Shown in pieces: positions 18,638 to 27,934 of a stretch of DNA of 45,290 nucleotides. A program made the translations under genes and the position numbers. Position 1 is the stretch's first letter; each line of letters opens with the position of its first letter. The notes below the pieces were generated by a model. The model saw nothing but the letters and a program-made list of their open reading frames with translations. It made no database searches and was not told the origin of the DNA. This DNA comes from Trueperaceae bacterium (lineage in GTDB: Bacteria > Deinococcota > Deinococci > Deinococcales > Trueperaceae): contig JBBDRK010000026.1 in NCBI GenBank assembly GCA_040905465.1, positions 1 to 45,290 on the forward strand, read 5' to 3'.

Positions 18638-19789
18638 TTACCAGATGTCGATTCCTGATGCTTGATTCGGCGGAACCACGCGATCATAGGGGTGAGCCTC
18701 CACCAGGGCTTCTTCGATTTGCGCTCCTACGCCAGGTTTTCGTGGGAGGACGAGATTGCCATGATCGATGACTTCCGAGCCGGAGACAAGCTCGGATCGC
18801 CATGAGCACTCCGCAAAGGGAAACTCCAGGAACAGGAGGTCGGGAACAGCAGCGCAAACGTGAGCGCTTGCCAGTGTTCCAATCGGACCTCTCGGGTTAT
18901 GGGGAGCAAACGCAGCTCCCAATGCGCTGATGAGGTGAGCGGCGTGCCAGAGAGGCGCCACGCCGCCGATGATGCGTACATCCGGACAGCAGATCTGGTA
19001 TTGGCCGACGGCGAGGGCTCGGGCAAGTTGGTCGAGTGAGGTAGCCCTCTCTCCACCAGCAAGGGGAATGTCGGTGTCTCGCTGCAGCGACAACCATTCC
19101 TCGGTCTCGCTTTCCGGAAAGGGATCTTCCAGCCACGTCAGCTGCAGGGGCTCGAGTTCGGCGACGAAACGTCTGGCCAGCACCGGCGTAAGGTGCCAAT
19201 GGCAATCGACCATGAGACGAGCTTGCGGACCGATGGCTTGGCGGATGGCCTGCACACGCTCGAGCGCCGTGGCAAGCGCTTTATCTTCGGCGCGACCGAC
19301 CGGAGTTCGCCTGGTCAGTCCGTCGAGGGGAGCACACTTCACCCCGTGGAAGCCGAGCGCGATTGCTTGTCGAGCGAGTCGAGCCATCGCATCGGGCGAC
19401 CTGTCGAGCGCCGCCCGATTGATGTTGGCATAGAGGGGAACCGCGCGAGAGCCTTGTCCGCCGAGCAGCTGCCATAGAGGAACCTCCAGGAGCCGACTCT
19501 TGATGTCCCACAGAGCTTGATCGACTGCCGAGCGGACGGTCGCAGTCAAGGCTTCTGGGTGCGCAGCCGGGAAAGACAACCCCTGCGGTTGAAGATCCAG
19601 TACATTCTTGCCCATGAGCATTGCGCGCAGGTCAGGCAGAACCTCTGCGATCTTGCTCTCAGAGCCGCTCAGGCTCGCCTCGCCGGTACCCGTGACGCCG
19701 TGTTCTGTCTGAAGCTCGATGAATATCCAGTTCGTGTTTTTGGCCGCTTTTACCATCACAGTCGCTACATCGGTGATATTCGCGTTCAT
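18638..19789 (-). CDS. Enolase-superfamily (MR subgroup) acid-sugar dehydratase
   Basis: Motifs GTGEA, DQALWDI, VPLYAN, metal ligands MVDCH / WLEDP / GGER, and APHN. ATG 19789 is coupled to the LacI stop (ATGA). Confidence 0.87.
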   Translation of the reverse strand: MNANITDVATVMVKAAKNTNWIFIELQTEHGVTGTGEASLSGSESKIAEVLPDLRAMLMGKNVLDLQPQGLSFPAAHPEALTATVRSAVDQALWDIKSRLLEVPLWQLLGGQGSRAVPLYANINRAALDRSPDAMARLARQAIALGFHGVKCAPLDGLTRRTPVGRAEDKALATALERVQAIRQAIGPQARLMVDCHWHLTPVLARRFVAELEPLQLTWLEDPFPESETEEWLSLQRDTDIPLAGGERATSLDQLARALAVGQYQICCPDVRIIGGVAPLWHAAHLISALGAAFAPHNPRGPIGTLASAHVCAAVPDLLFLEFPFAECSWRSELVSGSEVIDHGNLVLPRKPGVGAQIEEALVEAHPYDRVVPPNQASGIDIW

Positions 19790-20781
19790 GATGGAACCTC
19801 CCGCCCTTCGGGCGTTAGCAGCTCTACCGGAAGCACGATGTCGTCGTTCATCTGCTCGAAGGCCGGAGAGTCGATTTGTGTCATCAGCTGCGTCACTGCT
19901 GCGCGTCCTAACGCCTTGGAGTGTTGGCGAACTATCGTCAGCTCCGGGAAGATCTGGAGCCACTCTTCGTCGCCGGTCCCGACGAACTCGACTCGACAGC
20001 GTGCTTCGCTAATGGCGCGTATGCAGCCGAGAGTGATTGCCAGGGTGGAGCCGATCATTGCTGTTGGTGGCGTCGGGAGGGTCAGTAACTGGCGCGCCGC
20101 TTGATAAGCCCCGTCGATCCCGAGGCGAGCAAACGCTTCCAGCTCCTGGCTGACAGCTACACCAGCGCTCGCCAGCGCCGCATGCAGTGCCTTCTGCTGT
20201 TCCATTCCGGGAGCGGCGTAAGGGGGACCGAAGACAGTTCCGATTCGGGTGTGACCCTGTTCCAAGAGATATTCGGCAGCCCTGCGCGTTCCTCCTGAGT
20301 AGTCGTGTTTTACCAACACCCCTCGCACGCCGGGCGGGCGTTGATTTATGAACACGATCGGAATCCTTGCACTCCAGATCGTCTCATAGAGGCGCGGGGT
20401 TTCCAGGACGGGTGCGGTGATGATGCCGGCTACCTGTTGGCTCAGATATTCAACCAGGTAATCGCGCTCTGTCTCAGGCGTTCCGTCCGAGTTGCCGAGT
20501 ATCACCTGATATCCGCGCTCACGGGCTACGGCTTCTACTCCTTGGACGATGGTGCTGAAGGTCGGATTGCTGATGTCGCGAAGGCAGAGTCCAAGCACGC
20601 TTCGCTTGCCGAGTCGCAAGGCTTGAGCAAGTGTGTTCTTGTGATAACCGACGCGCTCCGCCGCATCCAGTACCCGCGCCTTGGTGCGCTCGGCAACATG
20701 TGGTCTCTGATTGAACACGTTGGAAACGGTTCCTTCTGAGACTCCGGCTTCCCGGGCAACGTCTCGGATAGTCGGCATCAC
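19786..20781 (-). CDS. LacI-family transcriptional regulator
   Basis: HTH TIRDVAREAGVSEGTVSNVFN, hinge AQALR, periplasmic-binding-like core. Confidence 0.93.
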   Translation of the reverse strand: MMPTIRDVAREAGVSEGTVSNVFNQRPHVAERTKARVLDAAERVGYHKNTLAQALRLGKRSVLGLCLRDISNPTFSTIVQGVEAVARERGYQVILGNSDGTPETERDYLVEYLSQQVAGIITAPVLETPRLYETIWSARIPIVFINQRPPGVRGVLVKHDYSGGTRRAAEYLLEQGHTRIGTVFGPPYAAPGMEQQKALHAALASAGVAVSQELEAFARLGIDGAYQAARQLLTLPTPPTAMIGSTLAITLGCIRAISEARCRVEFVGTGDEEWLQIFPELTIVRQHSKALGRAAVTQLMTQIDSPAFEQMNDDIVLPVELLTPEGREVPS

Positions 20782-20791
20782 TCACTTCTCC

Positions 20792-20850
20792 TGTGACGTC
20801 ATAAACCGCGTCGAAGAAACTCGGATCGGCCCGTCTTAAGACGTCATAAA
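20792..20850. promoter_or_regulatory. Two putative LacI operators upstream of lacI
   Basis: GACGTCATAAA occurs at 20795-20805 and 20840-20850. The first lies in the CG-centred quasi-palindrome TGTGACGTCATA. A minus-strand TTGAAA-18-TAAAGT promoter candidate spans 20894-20865. Confidence 0.55.
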
Positions 20851-20934
20851 TTGGCGATGGATGGACTTTACCGTATGGCGAGGTGCATTTTCAAGGGCAG
20901 ACAGATTTTTCGGTACAGACTGTCTCTGCGGTGT

Positions 20935-22614
20935 CTACTCCAGGCTTTCAACCGGTACTGGTCGAGTCGGCCAGGCGGATAGCCTCTCATCCCCCAAGTG
21001 CACCTCTATGAGCGAAGGTCCGTTTCGTGAAAGAGCTTCACCGAATGCTGAGTGGAAATCAGCGTTCTCGGCAACGCGGGTGCTCGGAATACCGTAGGCG
21101 TTGGCGATCCCAGTGAATGAAGGGTTGCAAAGATCGGTTCCGATCCGTCGGCCCGGGTACCGTTTTTCCTGGTGCACCCGAATGGTCCCGTGGAGATCGT
21201 TGACGAAGACGATAGTCACTATTTTCATGTCGTGCTTCCGGACAGTGGACAACTCGTTCATGGTCATCGCGAAGCCGCCGTCGCCAGCAAAGGCGAAGAC
21301 GGCGCGGAGCGGCTCTGCGCAACTGACGCCGATCGCGGCAGGAAGCGCATACCCCATGGCTCCCGATATCGGTCCAAAATGCGTCAGGGGAGAGGTAAAC
21401 GGGTAGTACCTGGAGATCCAGCCGGAGAAGTTTCCGGCGTCGCTTACGATAGCCGAGTCTTCAGGAGCAATCTCCTTCACCGACGCCAAGAGTGCCGAGA
21501 TACTCATCCTGCCGGGCCCGCTGGCCGGTCGGCTCTCGAAAGTAGTCAGCTTTCGGTAGAAAGCCCGGTACTCCTTCACTCTTGCTTGCCGCCTGGACTG
21601 GCTGCGGGGCACGGTTTGCGAATTCTTGAGCTCCGCAAGGCAATCCTGGAGGAAGGATCTGGTGTCCGCGACTATGGCAAGGCTGGGGCTTCCCCATGAG
21701 CCCGACGATTCCTGAGAGGCCGTAACGTGAATGAGCTGAGTGTTCGGTTTCGGATACCGGTATTGCGAGGTCGTCATCTGCGTGAACTGCGCCCCCAGGC
21801 CCAAAACCAGATCCGCGTCGGCGAGGGGCGCCAATGCTTCCTCGGGGGCGGCCAGGCCGAGATTCCCGACATAGTTGCCGTGATCGTTCGGAAAAGCGTC
21901 GAAGCGCCTGAAGGCGGTCATTACCGGGATAGCCAGCGCCTCTGCGAACTCTGTCAGGAGGGGGGTAGCGCCACTTGTCAGGACTTCCCGGCCGGCGATG
22001 AGCACCGGCGCCTTTGCTGTCAGCAGGAGCCGCAGCGCATCTCCGACGGACCGGGCATCGGGTCTGGGACTCCGCAGTCGAACACTGGCTAGAGCGTTTG
22101 CTGGCGTGGTCTCGGTCAGTATGTCCTCTGGCAGGCTTACAACTACCGGCCCTGGCCTCTCACTGGTGGCGACGCGGAACGCTTGCTGCAGCAACTCCGG
22201 AATGCGAGCTGTCTGGGGTATCTCGATCGCCCACTTCACGAGAGGGGAGAAGAAGGAAACGAAATCCACCTCCTGAAAGGCTCGGCGATGTCGGAACCCG
22301 GTCGGAACCTGGCCAACCAGGGCGACGAGAGGGGTCGAGTCCTGCTGTGCGGTATGCAGGGCTATGGACAGGTTGGTTGCTCCGGGACCTCGAGTAACTA
22401 TGCAGACTCCCGGTTCCCCGGATGCCTTGGCGTATCCTTCGGCAGCAAATCCCGCTCCTTCTTCGTGGCGCGTCGATATCAACTCGATACGCTCAGGAAC
22501 GTCATACAAAGCATCCAGAACGGGGAGGAAGCTCTCGCCCGGAACCGTGAAGAGCTTGGAGACCCCTTCGGCGAGAAGTGAGTCGACTACTAGCTGGCCA
22601 CCATGTTTGCGCAC
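20935..22614 (-). CDS. Thiamine pyrophosphate-dependent enzyme (acetolactate synthase large subunit-like)
   Basis: Motifs VPGESFL, RHEEGA, TRGPGATN, FQEVD, GAMGY and the TPP motif GDGGF...N. Confidence 0.9.
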   Translation of the reverse strand: MRKHGGQLVVDSLLAEGVSKLFTVPGESFLPVLDALYDVPERIELISTRHEEGAGFAAEGYAKASGEPGVCIVTRGPGATNLSIALHTAQQDSTPLVALVGQVPTGFRHRRAFQEVDFVSFFSPLVKWAIEIPQTARIPELLQQAFRVATSERPGPVVVSLPEDILTETTPANALASVRLRSPRPDARSVGDALRLLLTAKAPVLIAGREVLTSGATPLLTEFAEALAIPVMTAFRRFDAFPNDHGNYVGNLGLAAPEEALAPLADADLVLGLGAQFTQMTTSQYRYPKPNTQLIHVTASQESSGSWGSPSLAIVADTRSFLQDCLAELKNSQTVPRSQSRRQARVKEYRAFYRKLTTFESRPASGPGRMSISALLASVKEIAPEDSAIVSDAGNFSGWISRYYPFTSPLTHFGPISGAMGYALPAAIGVSCAEPLRAVFAFAGDGGFAMTMNELSTVRKHDMKIVTIVFVNDLHGTIRVHQEKRYPGRRIGTDLCNPSFTGIANAYGIPSTRVAENADFHSAFGEALSRNGPSLIEVHLGDERLSAWPTRPVPVESLE

Positions 22615-22934
22615 GTAACAGTCCCTTGCAGCAGGAGGTGAGTACCGTTGGCTCGTTGTCCTATCCTAAACGGCCGGGAATTCCGCGTGAGAGATCGATC
22701 TCCGACAGGACTATTGTTCGGGTGAACGGACGAGCGGCCGGACCAGGGCCTGCCCGACCGGTACTATGTGACACCCAAGGAAGCCTTTGCAAGCCCGTCC
22801 CTATCGACCTGACGCAAGCGGGGGAGCCGGATCGAGCGGAAGGCGGGTTGATCGACGACGTACTCGTGGTATCCAAGGACAAAGCACGAGTATCTGCGAC
22901 GCAGCGAACCAGCAGAAGGAAGCAGAGGTAGTAA

Positions 22935-23948
22935 ATGGAGTACCGATCACTGGGACGGACCGGCGTAAAGGTAAGCGAGCTCTGCCTGGGGGCGATGAAT
23001 TTTGGAGATAGGACCGGTCCTGAGGAAGCCCAAGCGATCATGGATCGTGCGCTGGCGGCCGGGATCAATTTCGTGGATACGGCCAACATGTACAGCCGTG
23101 GCCGAAGTGAGGAGATCGTTGGCGAGGCCCTAAAGCAGAGCGGTCAGCGAGACCGGGTGGTACTGGCCACCAAGGTCTACAACCCGATGTCCGAGGATGT
23201 GAACGATCGCGGCAACAGCCGGCGCCACATCATCCAACAGTGCGAGGCGAGCCTGAAGCGGCTTCAGACCGACTACATCGACCTCTATCAGATCCACCGG
23301 CCCCAGAGTGATATTCCCATAGATGAGACCCTGCGAGCACTCGACGATCTGGTAAGAGCCGGCATGGTCCGCTACATCGGCACCAGCACCTTCGCCGCCT
23401 GGCAACTGGTGGAAGCCCTGTGGGCCTCGAGGGAACTCAACCTGAACCGGTTCGTGAGCGAGCAGCCGCCGTACAATCTCGTAGACAGGCGCATCGAGCG
23501 GGAGTTGCTGCCTATGGCGCAGACGTACGGTCTCGGGCTGATCGTATGGAGCCCACTGGCCATGGGGCTCCTCACCGGTAAGTACGACTTTCGAGAAGTT
23601 CCGGCTGGGGATACACGCTTTGGCCAGCAAAAGGCGCGCGTCAATCCGGTTCAACAGGCACGCTGGACCGAAGGCGCGTTCGAAGTCGTGTCGGTCCTGA
23701 AGGCCATAGCCTCGGAGAAGGGCTGTACTCCCGCGCAGCTGGCGCTGGCTTGGTGCGTTCGCAAACCGGGCATCACCAGCGCCATCATCGGGCCCCGTAC
23801 TACGGACCAACTCGAGGACAACCTGGCGGCACTGAACGTCGAGATAACTGAGGACGACCACCGTAGGCTCGACCAGGCCGCCGAGCCCGGCGGCAGCGTC
23901 TCGCCCTTCTACCAGGCCGACTTCGGGCCGCACCCGCACCGAATCTGA
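22935..23948 (+). CDS. Aldo/keto reductase
   Basis: Motifs LGRTGVKVSELCLG, DTANMY, LATK, DYIDLYQIH, WSPL and AIIGP. Confidence 0.93.
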   Translation: MEYRSLGRTGVKVSELCLGAMNFGDRTGPEEAQAIMDRALAAGINFVDTANMYSRGRSEEIVGEALKQSGQRDRVVLATKVYNPMSEDVNDRGNSRRHIIQQCEASLKRLQTDYIDLYQIHRPQSDIPIDETLRALDDLVRAGMVRYIGTSTFAAWQLVEALWASRELNLNRFVSEQPPYNLVDRRIERELLPMAQTYGLGLIVWSPLAMGLLTGKYDFREVPAGDTRFGQQKARVNPVQQARWTEGAFEVVSVLKAIASEKGCTPAQLALAWCVRKPGITSAIIGPRTTDQLEDNLAALNVEITEDDHRRLDQAAEPGGSVSPFYQADFGPHPHRI

Positions 23949-24038
23949 CTAGTGTTTCGGCTTAGGATCATCGGTCCAGTAGATGTGAGGCCATTCGGCA
24001 GACCATGGTGTAGGCCGGATCGAACATAGTGGCCAGTC

Positions 24039-24839
24039 TTACACGCTGTCGTCGCTTCGCGCGCGCTGCTGAAAGTGTCGGTAACGGCGTACCGGCTGGG
24101 CCCGGTAGGCTGCCGTGAGTTCGACGAGGCGCTCAACGGCTTTGTCGAAGATCTGGCTGCCTTTCTCGGCGCTGGCGACCATGGCATTTCCCATGACCCC
24201 ATGCGGTGTCTCACGTTGACGCTCCGGAAACCTCACCATGGCCTCGAACGCCGCGCCGACGGAGGACTCCCACTCCTCAGAAACCGCTTTCTCGAAGTCC
24301 ACGAGTTCGGGCCTGAGGTGGAGCTGGTACGACGTCTCCCATTCGCCCGCATGGCCTATCGAGGTGTCCGCCGCCCCCAAGTCTCGCAGCTCGTTGGCAA
24401 CAAGGTCCCAGTGGCTGAGCGCCAGTACGTAGATATCGTGCTCCGCCAGGGCGGCGGCGGCAGATTTGAGGGGGTTGTGATTGCCGCCGTGCCCGTTCAG
24501 GAGGACTATGCGCTCGAAGCCGTTATCGTGAACCGAACGAGCAACGTCGCGCACGAGGGCCAGGAAGGTGTCGAGCTGCAGGGTGATCGTGCCGACGAAT
24601 CCCCGGTTGTAGTGAGTGAAGCCGAACGGAATCGGCTGCCCCACTACTATGGCCCCCTCTGCGCGCAAGGCGCTCTCCTGTGCGATGGCGGTGGGTATGC
24701 TTAGGTCGACATCCACGGGACAGTGTGGTCCGTGCTGTTCGATGCTGCCCACGGGAACGACGACCACGCTTTCACGGTCGCGCGCCTCCTCCAGATCTTG
24801 TCGGCGCATCTCCGGCCAGTAGTGGCGGTTACGGATCAT
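24039..24839 (-). CDS. Creatininase-family amidohydrolase
   Basis: Motifs PVGSIEQHGPH, NGHGGN and HAGEWETS. ATG 24839 follows GGAGG. Confidence 0.9.
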   Translation of the reverse strand: MIRNRHYWPEMRRQDLEEARDRESVVVVPVGSIEQHGPHCPVDVDLSIPTAIAQESALRAEGAIVVGQPIPFGFTHYNRGFVGTITLQLDTFLALVRDVARSVHDNGFERIVLLNGHGGNHNPLKSAAAALAEHDIYVLALSHWDLVANELRDLGAADTSIGHAGEWETSYQLHLRPELVDFEKAVSEEWESSVGAAFEAMVRFPERQRETPHGVMGNAMVASAEKGSQIFDKAVERLVELTAAYRAQPVRRYRHFQQRARSDDSV

Positions 24840-25054
24840 TTGACCTCCAAGAAATGCCACCATACCGGATTCCTGGACTGCAGCCAGAGCGCGGTGACTA
24901 CTGCCGCGGCGACCGATGCGGCGAGGAGTCAATTTAGAGTGTCACGGCCCAGACAACGATCCGGGTCGATCGGCACGGCTGTGCGATGATGGGGTATCGG
25001 AACCGGTAACGTGCGCGGCAACGCCACACTTCATTCAGATGAACAGGAAAATCG

Positions 25055-26275
25055 ATGACGATATACGACCGCTTCGGCATCAAGACGCTCATCAACGCAG
25101 CCGGCCCCAAGACGCGTCTCGGCGGCATACGCATGGCGCCGGAGGTGCTTCGGGCGATGGAGGAGGCTGCGGACTCCTCGGTTGACATGGCGTATCTGCA
25201 AGCTGCCGCTGGCCGGGTCATCGCAGCCCATACGGGGGCAGAAGCGGGTTACGTGACGAGCGGGGCGGCGGCTGGGCTAACGCTGGGGGCGGCGGCCTGC
25301 ATAACCGGCCTGGACGCAGCTATTATCGACCGCTTGCCGTTCACCGACGGAGTGCCGAACGAGATCGTCATACCTCGGTCGCATCGCAACTCATACGACC
25401 ACGCCTGGCGAGCAGCGGGGGCTCGGCTGGTGGAGGTCGGGCTCGACGATCGCACGGCAGGAAGCGGCGTAAGGTCGCTGGATCCGTGGGAGCTGGAGGC
25501 CGCCATCAGCGAGCGTACGGTGGCGGTAGCGTACGTGGCCAATCGCCGCGACGGCCCGCCGCTGCGAGAGATCGCGGCAGTTGCGCATAACTACGGCCTT
25601 CCGGTACTAGTGGATGCGGCCGCGCAACTGCCGCCGGTGGAGAACCTCCGGGCGTTCATCGATGCCGGTGCTGATCTGGTGTCCTTCAGCGGCGGAAAAG
25701 CCATCGGGGGGCCTCAGGGCACCGGTGTCCTGTGCGGGCGCCGCGACCTCATCCAGGCGGCACTGCTCAATCACCTCGATATGGACATGTACGCAGCGCA
25801 CTGGTCCCCTCCTCCCGACCTGTTTCCCGGTGTCAAGACGCTCCACCTGCCCCGTCACGGCATCGGCCGTGGTTTCAAGGTCAGCAAGGAGAACGTGATC
25901 GGGCTGTTGGTGGCTCTGCAGCGCTTCGTCGATGGCGCCTGGCGTGAGGATCTCAACGCCAGGCAGGAGATGGTGCGCGAACTGCTGGAGGCAGCCTCCG
26001 GTCACGGTTTGGTGGCTCCGGAACTGAACACGGTAAACGGGGAACCGCGACTCGCATTGCGTTTCGAACCCACCGAGTTGGCCGCCCAGGTCCTGCACCG
26101 GCTGGAGGAGGGTGAGCCGGCCATCGCCGTCGATCCAAACGATCTCGCCGGCGGCTGCCTCGTGGTGAACCCTGTCGGACTCGACAGGGAGGAAGGGCGG
26201 ATCGTTGCAGCTCGGCTCAGCGACGTCTTAACGTCACTGTCGGAAGGCATGCCCGCGAAACGTGCGATGCTCTGA
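25055..26275 (+). CDS. SelA-like PLP-dependent enzyme (DgaE / D-glucosaminate-6-phosphate ammonia-lyase-like)
   Basis: Motifs LINAAG..TRLGG, VTSGAAAG, VDAAAQ, FSGGKAIGGPQ (PLP Lys) and IGRGFKVSKE; lacks the N-terminal tRNA-binding domain of true SelA. Confidence 0.85.
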   Translation: MTIYDRFGIKTLINAAGPKTRLGGIRMAPEVLRAMEEAADSSVDMAYLQAAAGRVIAAHTGAEAGYVTSGAAAGLTLGAAACITGLDAAIIDRLPFTDGVPNEIVIPRSHRNSYDHAWRAAGARLVEVGLDDRTAGSGVRSLDPWELEAAISERTVAVAYVANRRDGPPLREIAAVAHNYGLPVLVDAAAQLPPVENLRAFIDAGADLVSFSGGKAIGGPQGTGVLCGRRDLIQAALLNHLDMDMYAAHWSPPPDLFPGVKTLHLPRHGIGRGFKVSKENVIGLLVALQRFVDGAWREDLNARQEMVRELLEAASGHGLVAPELNTVNGEPRLALRFEPTELAAQVLHRLEEGEPAIAVDPNDLAGGCLVVNPVGLDREEGRIVAARLSDVLTSLSEGMPAKRAML

Positions 26276-26288
26276 GATGGAGGATCCT

Positions 26289-26657
26289 ATGGAGAAGAAG
26301 GCATTCGGCAAGGCAACGGCACCTCTGGCGCCAGCGCTCAAGGTAGGGAAGACGATCTTCATATCCGGCCAGGTGCCGCGGACCCCGGAGGGCAAGGTCG
26401 TCGAGGGTGACGTGCGGGCCCAGACTGAACAGGTCCTTGACAACATCGAGACACTGCTGAAGGAAGCGGGCGCGTCGATGGCCGACGTCGTCAAAACTAC
26501 GGTGATCCTGCCACAGGTAAAGCGGGACTTCGCCGCGATGAACGAAGTCTACGGGAGCCGCTTCCCGGATCCCAAGCCTTCCCGAACGACCTTGGGAGCA
26601 GAGCTGGCGATCGATATCCTGGTCGAGATTGAAGCCGTCGCGATGGTGGACGGCTGA
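26289..26657 (+). CDS. ridA: RidA/YjgF family imine/enamine deaminase
   Basis: Motifs ISGQVP, MNEVY, PSRT (catalytic Arg) and VEIEAVA. ATG 26289 follows GGAGG. Confidence 0.9.
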   Translation: MEKKAFGKATAPLAPALKVGKTIFISGQVPRTPEGKVVEGDVRAQTEQVLDNIETLLKEAGASMADVVKTTVILPQVKRDFAAMNEVYGSRFPDPKPSRTTLGAELAIDILVEIEAVAMVDG

Positions 26658-26672
26658 CGAAGTCGAAAACGC

Positions 26673-26714
26673 GTCGCCAGGTCTGGCACCGTTTACGGTG
26701 GAAGACCTGGCGAC
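26673..26714. terminator. Long hairpin between convergent genes (putative bidirectional terminator)
   Basis: GTCGCCAGGTCT-gg-CACCG-ttta-CGGTG-ga-AGACCTGGCGAC. Confidence 0.6.
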
Positions 26715-26764
26715 CTATCACGACCATGGCAGATCGTGCCCGGAATCCGGACCCTGTCCGAGCG

Positions 26765-27886
26765 CTAGCGGGTCTTGCCTCGCGCGGCCACGGGAATGGC
26801 CGCCTCGAATATCCCGCCGCGGTGCGCATAAACCTCGTCGTGCAGGTTGGTTACCGGACAAACGTGATTCGGCAGGACCCTGACACGCTCACCGATAGCG
26901 GGTCTGCGCTCGCAAGCTGAGAAGTCCACTAAGCCGTGTTCTTCCGACAGTTCCGTGATTACCGCCTCCGGGTACTCGAGGATGAGGCCGTAGCCACGCC
27001 CGAACTCGTCGGAGATCGCGTCGCTCGTCAGCGTCTTGGAGCCGGCGTCGATCACTCCGCGCCGGCTCGTCGGCATGCTGACTACGGTGGCATGCACGTG
27101 TAGCGCGCACTCGTCCAGGGTCGCGACTCCGACCCCCACGCTCTTCCGGTCGTGATAGATGTAGGTTCCTGCCCGGTACTCGGTCAGTCCTTCTATCTCA
27201 TGACTCCGCCACGCGTTGGGCGTTCCTCCGCCTGATACTACTGTCACGGCCAGGTCGTTCGCACTGAAGAGAGCCCGGGCTCGCGCGATCCACTCGGCCG
27301 ATGCCGGCGTACTGGGATACGTGAGGAGCCCGAGAAACTCGATGTTGTCGGCCTCGTCGGCCTTTCTCGCCAGCGTCAGGGCGGCTTGCGGCTCGAGTAC
27401 CCCTTGCCGTTGCTTGCCGGACTCGAACTCTACGAGTACGCCGATGGGCGAAACGGCATGTGCGCCTGCCTCGATGATCGTGTCCAGGGCCACCTCGTTG
27501 TCCACCGCCACCCGGATTTTCGCCAGTCTCGTCAGCGCGGCAAGCCGTTCAGCCTTCGCGCTGCCGATCAGGTTGTAGGTGATCAGGATGTCGTCGATGC
27601 CCGCCTCGGCCATCACCTCGGCCTCGCCGATCTTTTGGGTGGTGATGCCCACGGCTCCCGCCTCGACCTGCTTGTGCGCGAGAACGGGCAGTTTGTGCGT
27701 CTTGATATGGGGGCGGCATTGCAGCCCGTGGCTATCGCAATACGCTTGCAGCTTCGCGATATTGTGCTCTACCACATCCAGGTCGATGACGACGGCCGGC
27801 GTGTCGAGGTCTTCGATCCGGCCGCCCCGTGCAGGCGCAGGGTCGTGAGCGGACCTCATGACGAAGCCTTCTGTTTGATATGCCAT
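26765..27886 (-). CDS. D-threonine aldolase / D-serine dehydratase (D-TA, fold-type III PLP) family enzyme
   Basis: Motifs RPHIKTHK (PLP Lys), SGGGTP, RAGTYIY, DAGSKTL, SEEHG and PNHVCP. ATG 27886 follows AGGAGGAGG. Confidence 0.9.
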   Translation of the reverse strand: MAYQTEGFVMRSAHDPAPARGGRIEDLDTPAVVIDLDVVEHNIAKLQAYCDSHGLQCRPHIKTHKLPVLAHKQVEAGAVGITTQKIGEAEVMAEAGIDDILITYNLIGSAKAERLAALTRLAKIRVAVDNEVALDTIIEAGAHAVSPIGVLVEFESGKQRQGVLEPQAALTLARKADEADNIEFLGLLTYPSTPASAEWIARARALFSANDLAVTVVSGGGTPNAWRSHEIEGLTEYRAGTYIYHDRKSVGVGVATLDECALHVHATVVSMPTSRRGVIDAGSKTLTSDAISDEFGRGYGLILEYPEAVITELSEEHGLVDFSACERRPAIGERVRVLPNHVCPVTNLHDEVYAHRGGIFEAAIPVAARGKTR

Positions 27887-27934
27887 TTTCCTCCTCCTAT
27901 CCGGTCGGCCGTTTCGCAATTCCATGCGGACCGC

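Noticed and set aside
22615-22934. Possible TPP riboswitch next to the TPP enzyme (ACCTGA and TGAGA fragments)
   Set aside because: The fragments are on the wrong strand for that gene and lack the spacing and pairing of a THI box.
24039-24839. Creatinine degradation pathway
   Set aside because: There is no creatinase or sarcosine oxidase nearby, so only the family-level call is supported.
24998-25011. CGGAACCGGTAACG as a LacI-like operator in the creatininase/DgaE divergent region
   Set aside because: A single imperfect palindrome with no adjacent LacI gene and no second copy; too weak to call.
25055-26275. Selenocysteine synthase SelA / selenium system
   Set aside because: No selB, selC or selD, no SelA N-terminal domain, and no in-frame UGA selenoprotein seen. 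The context fits DgaE-like lyases.
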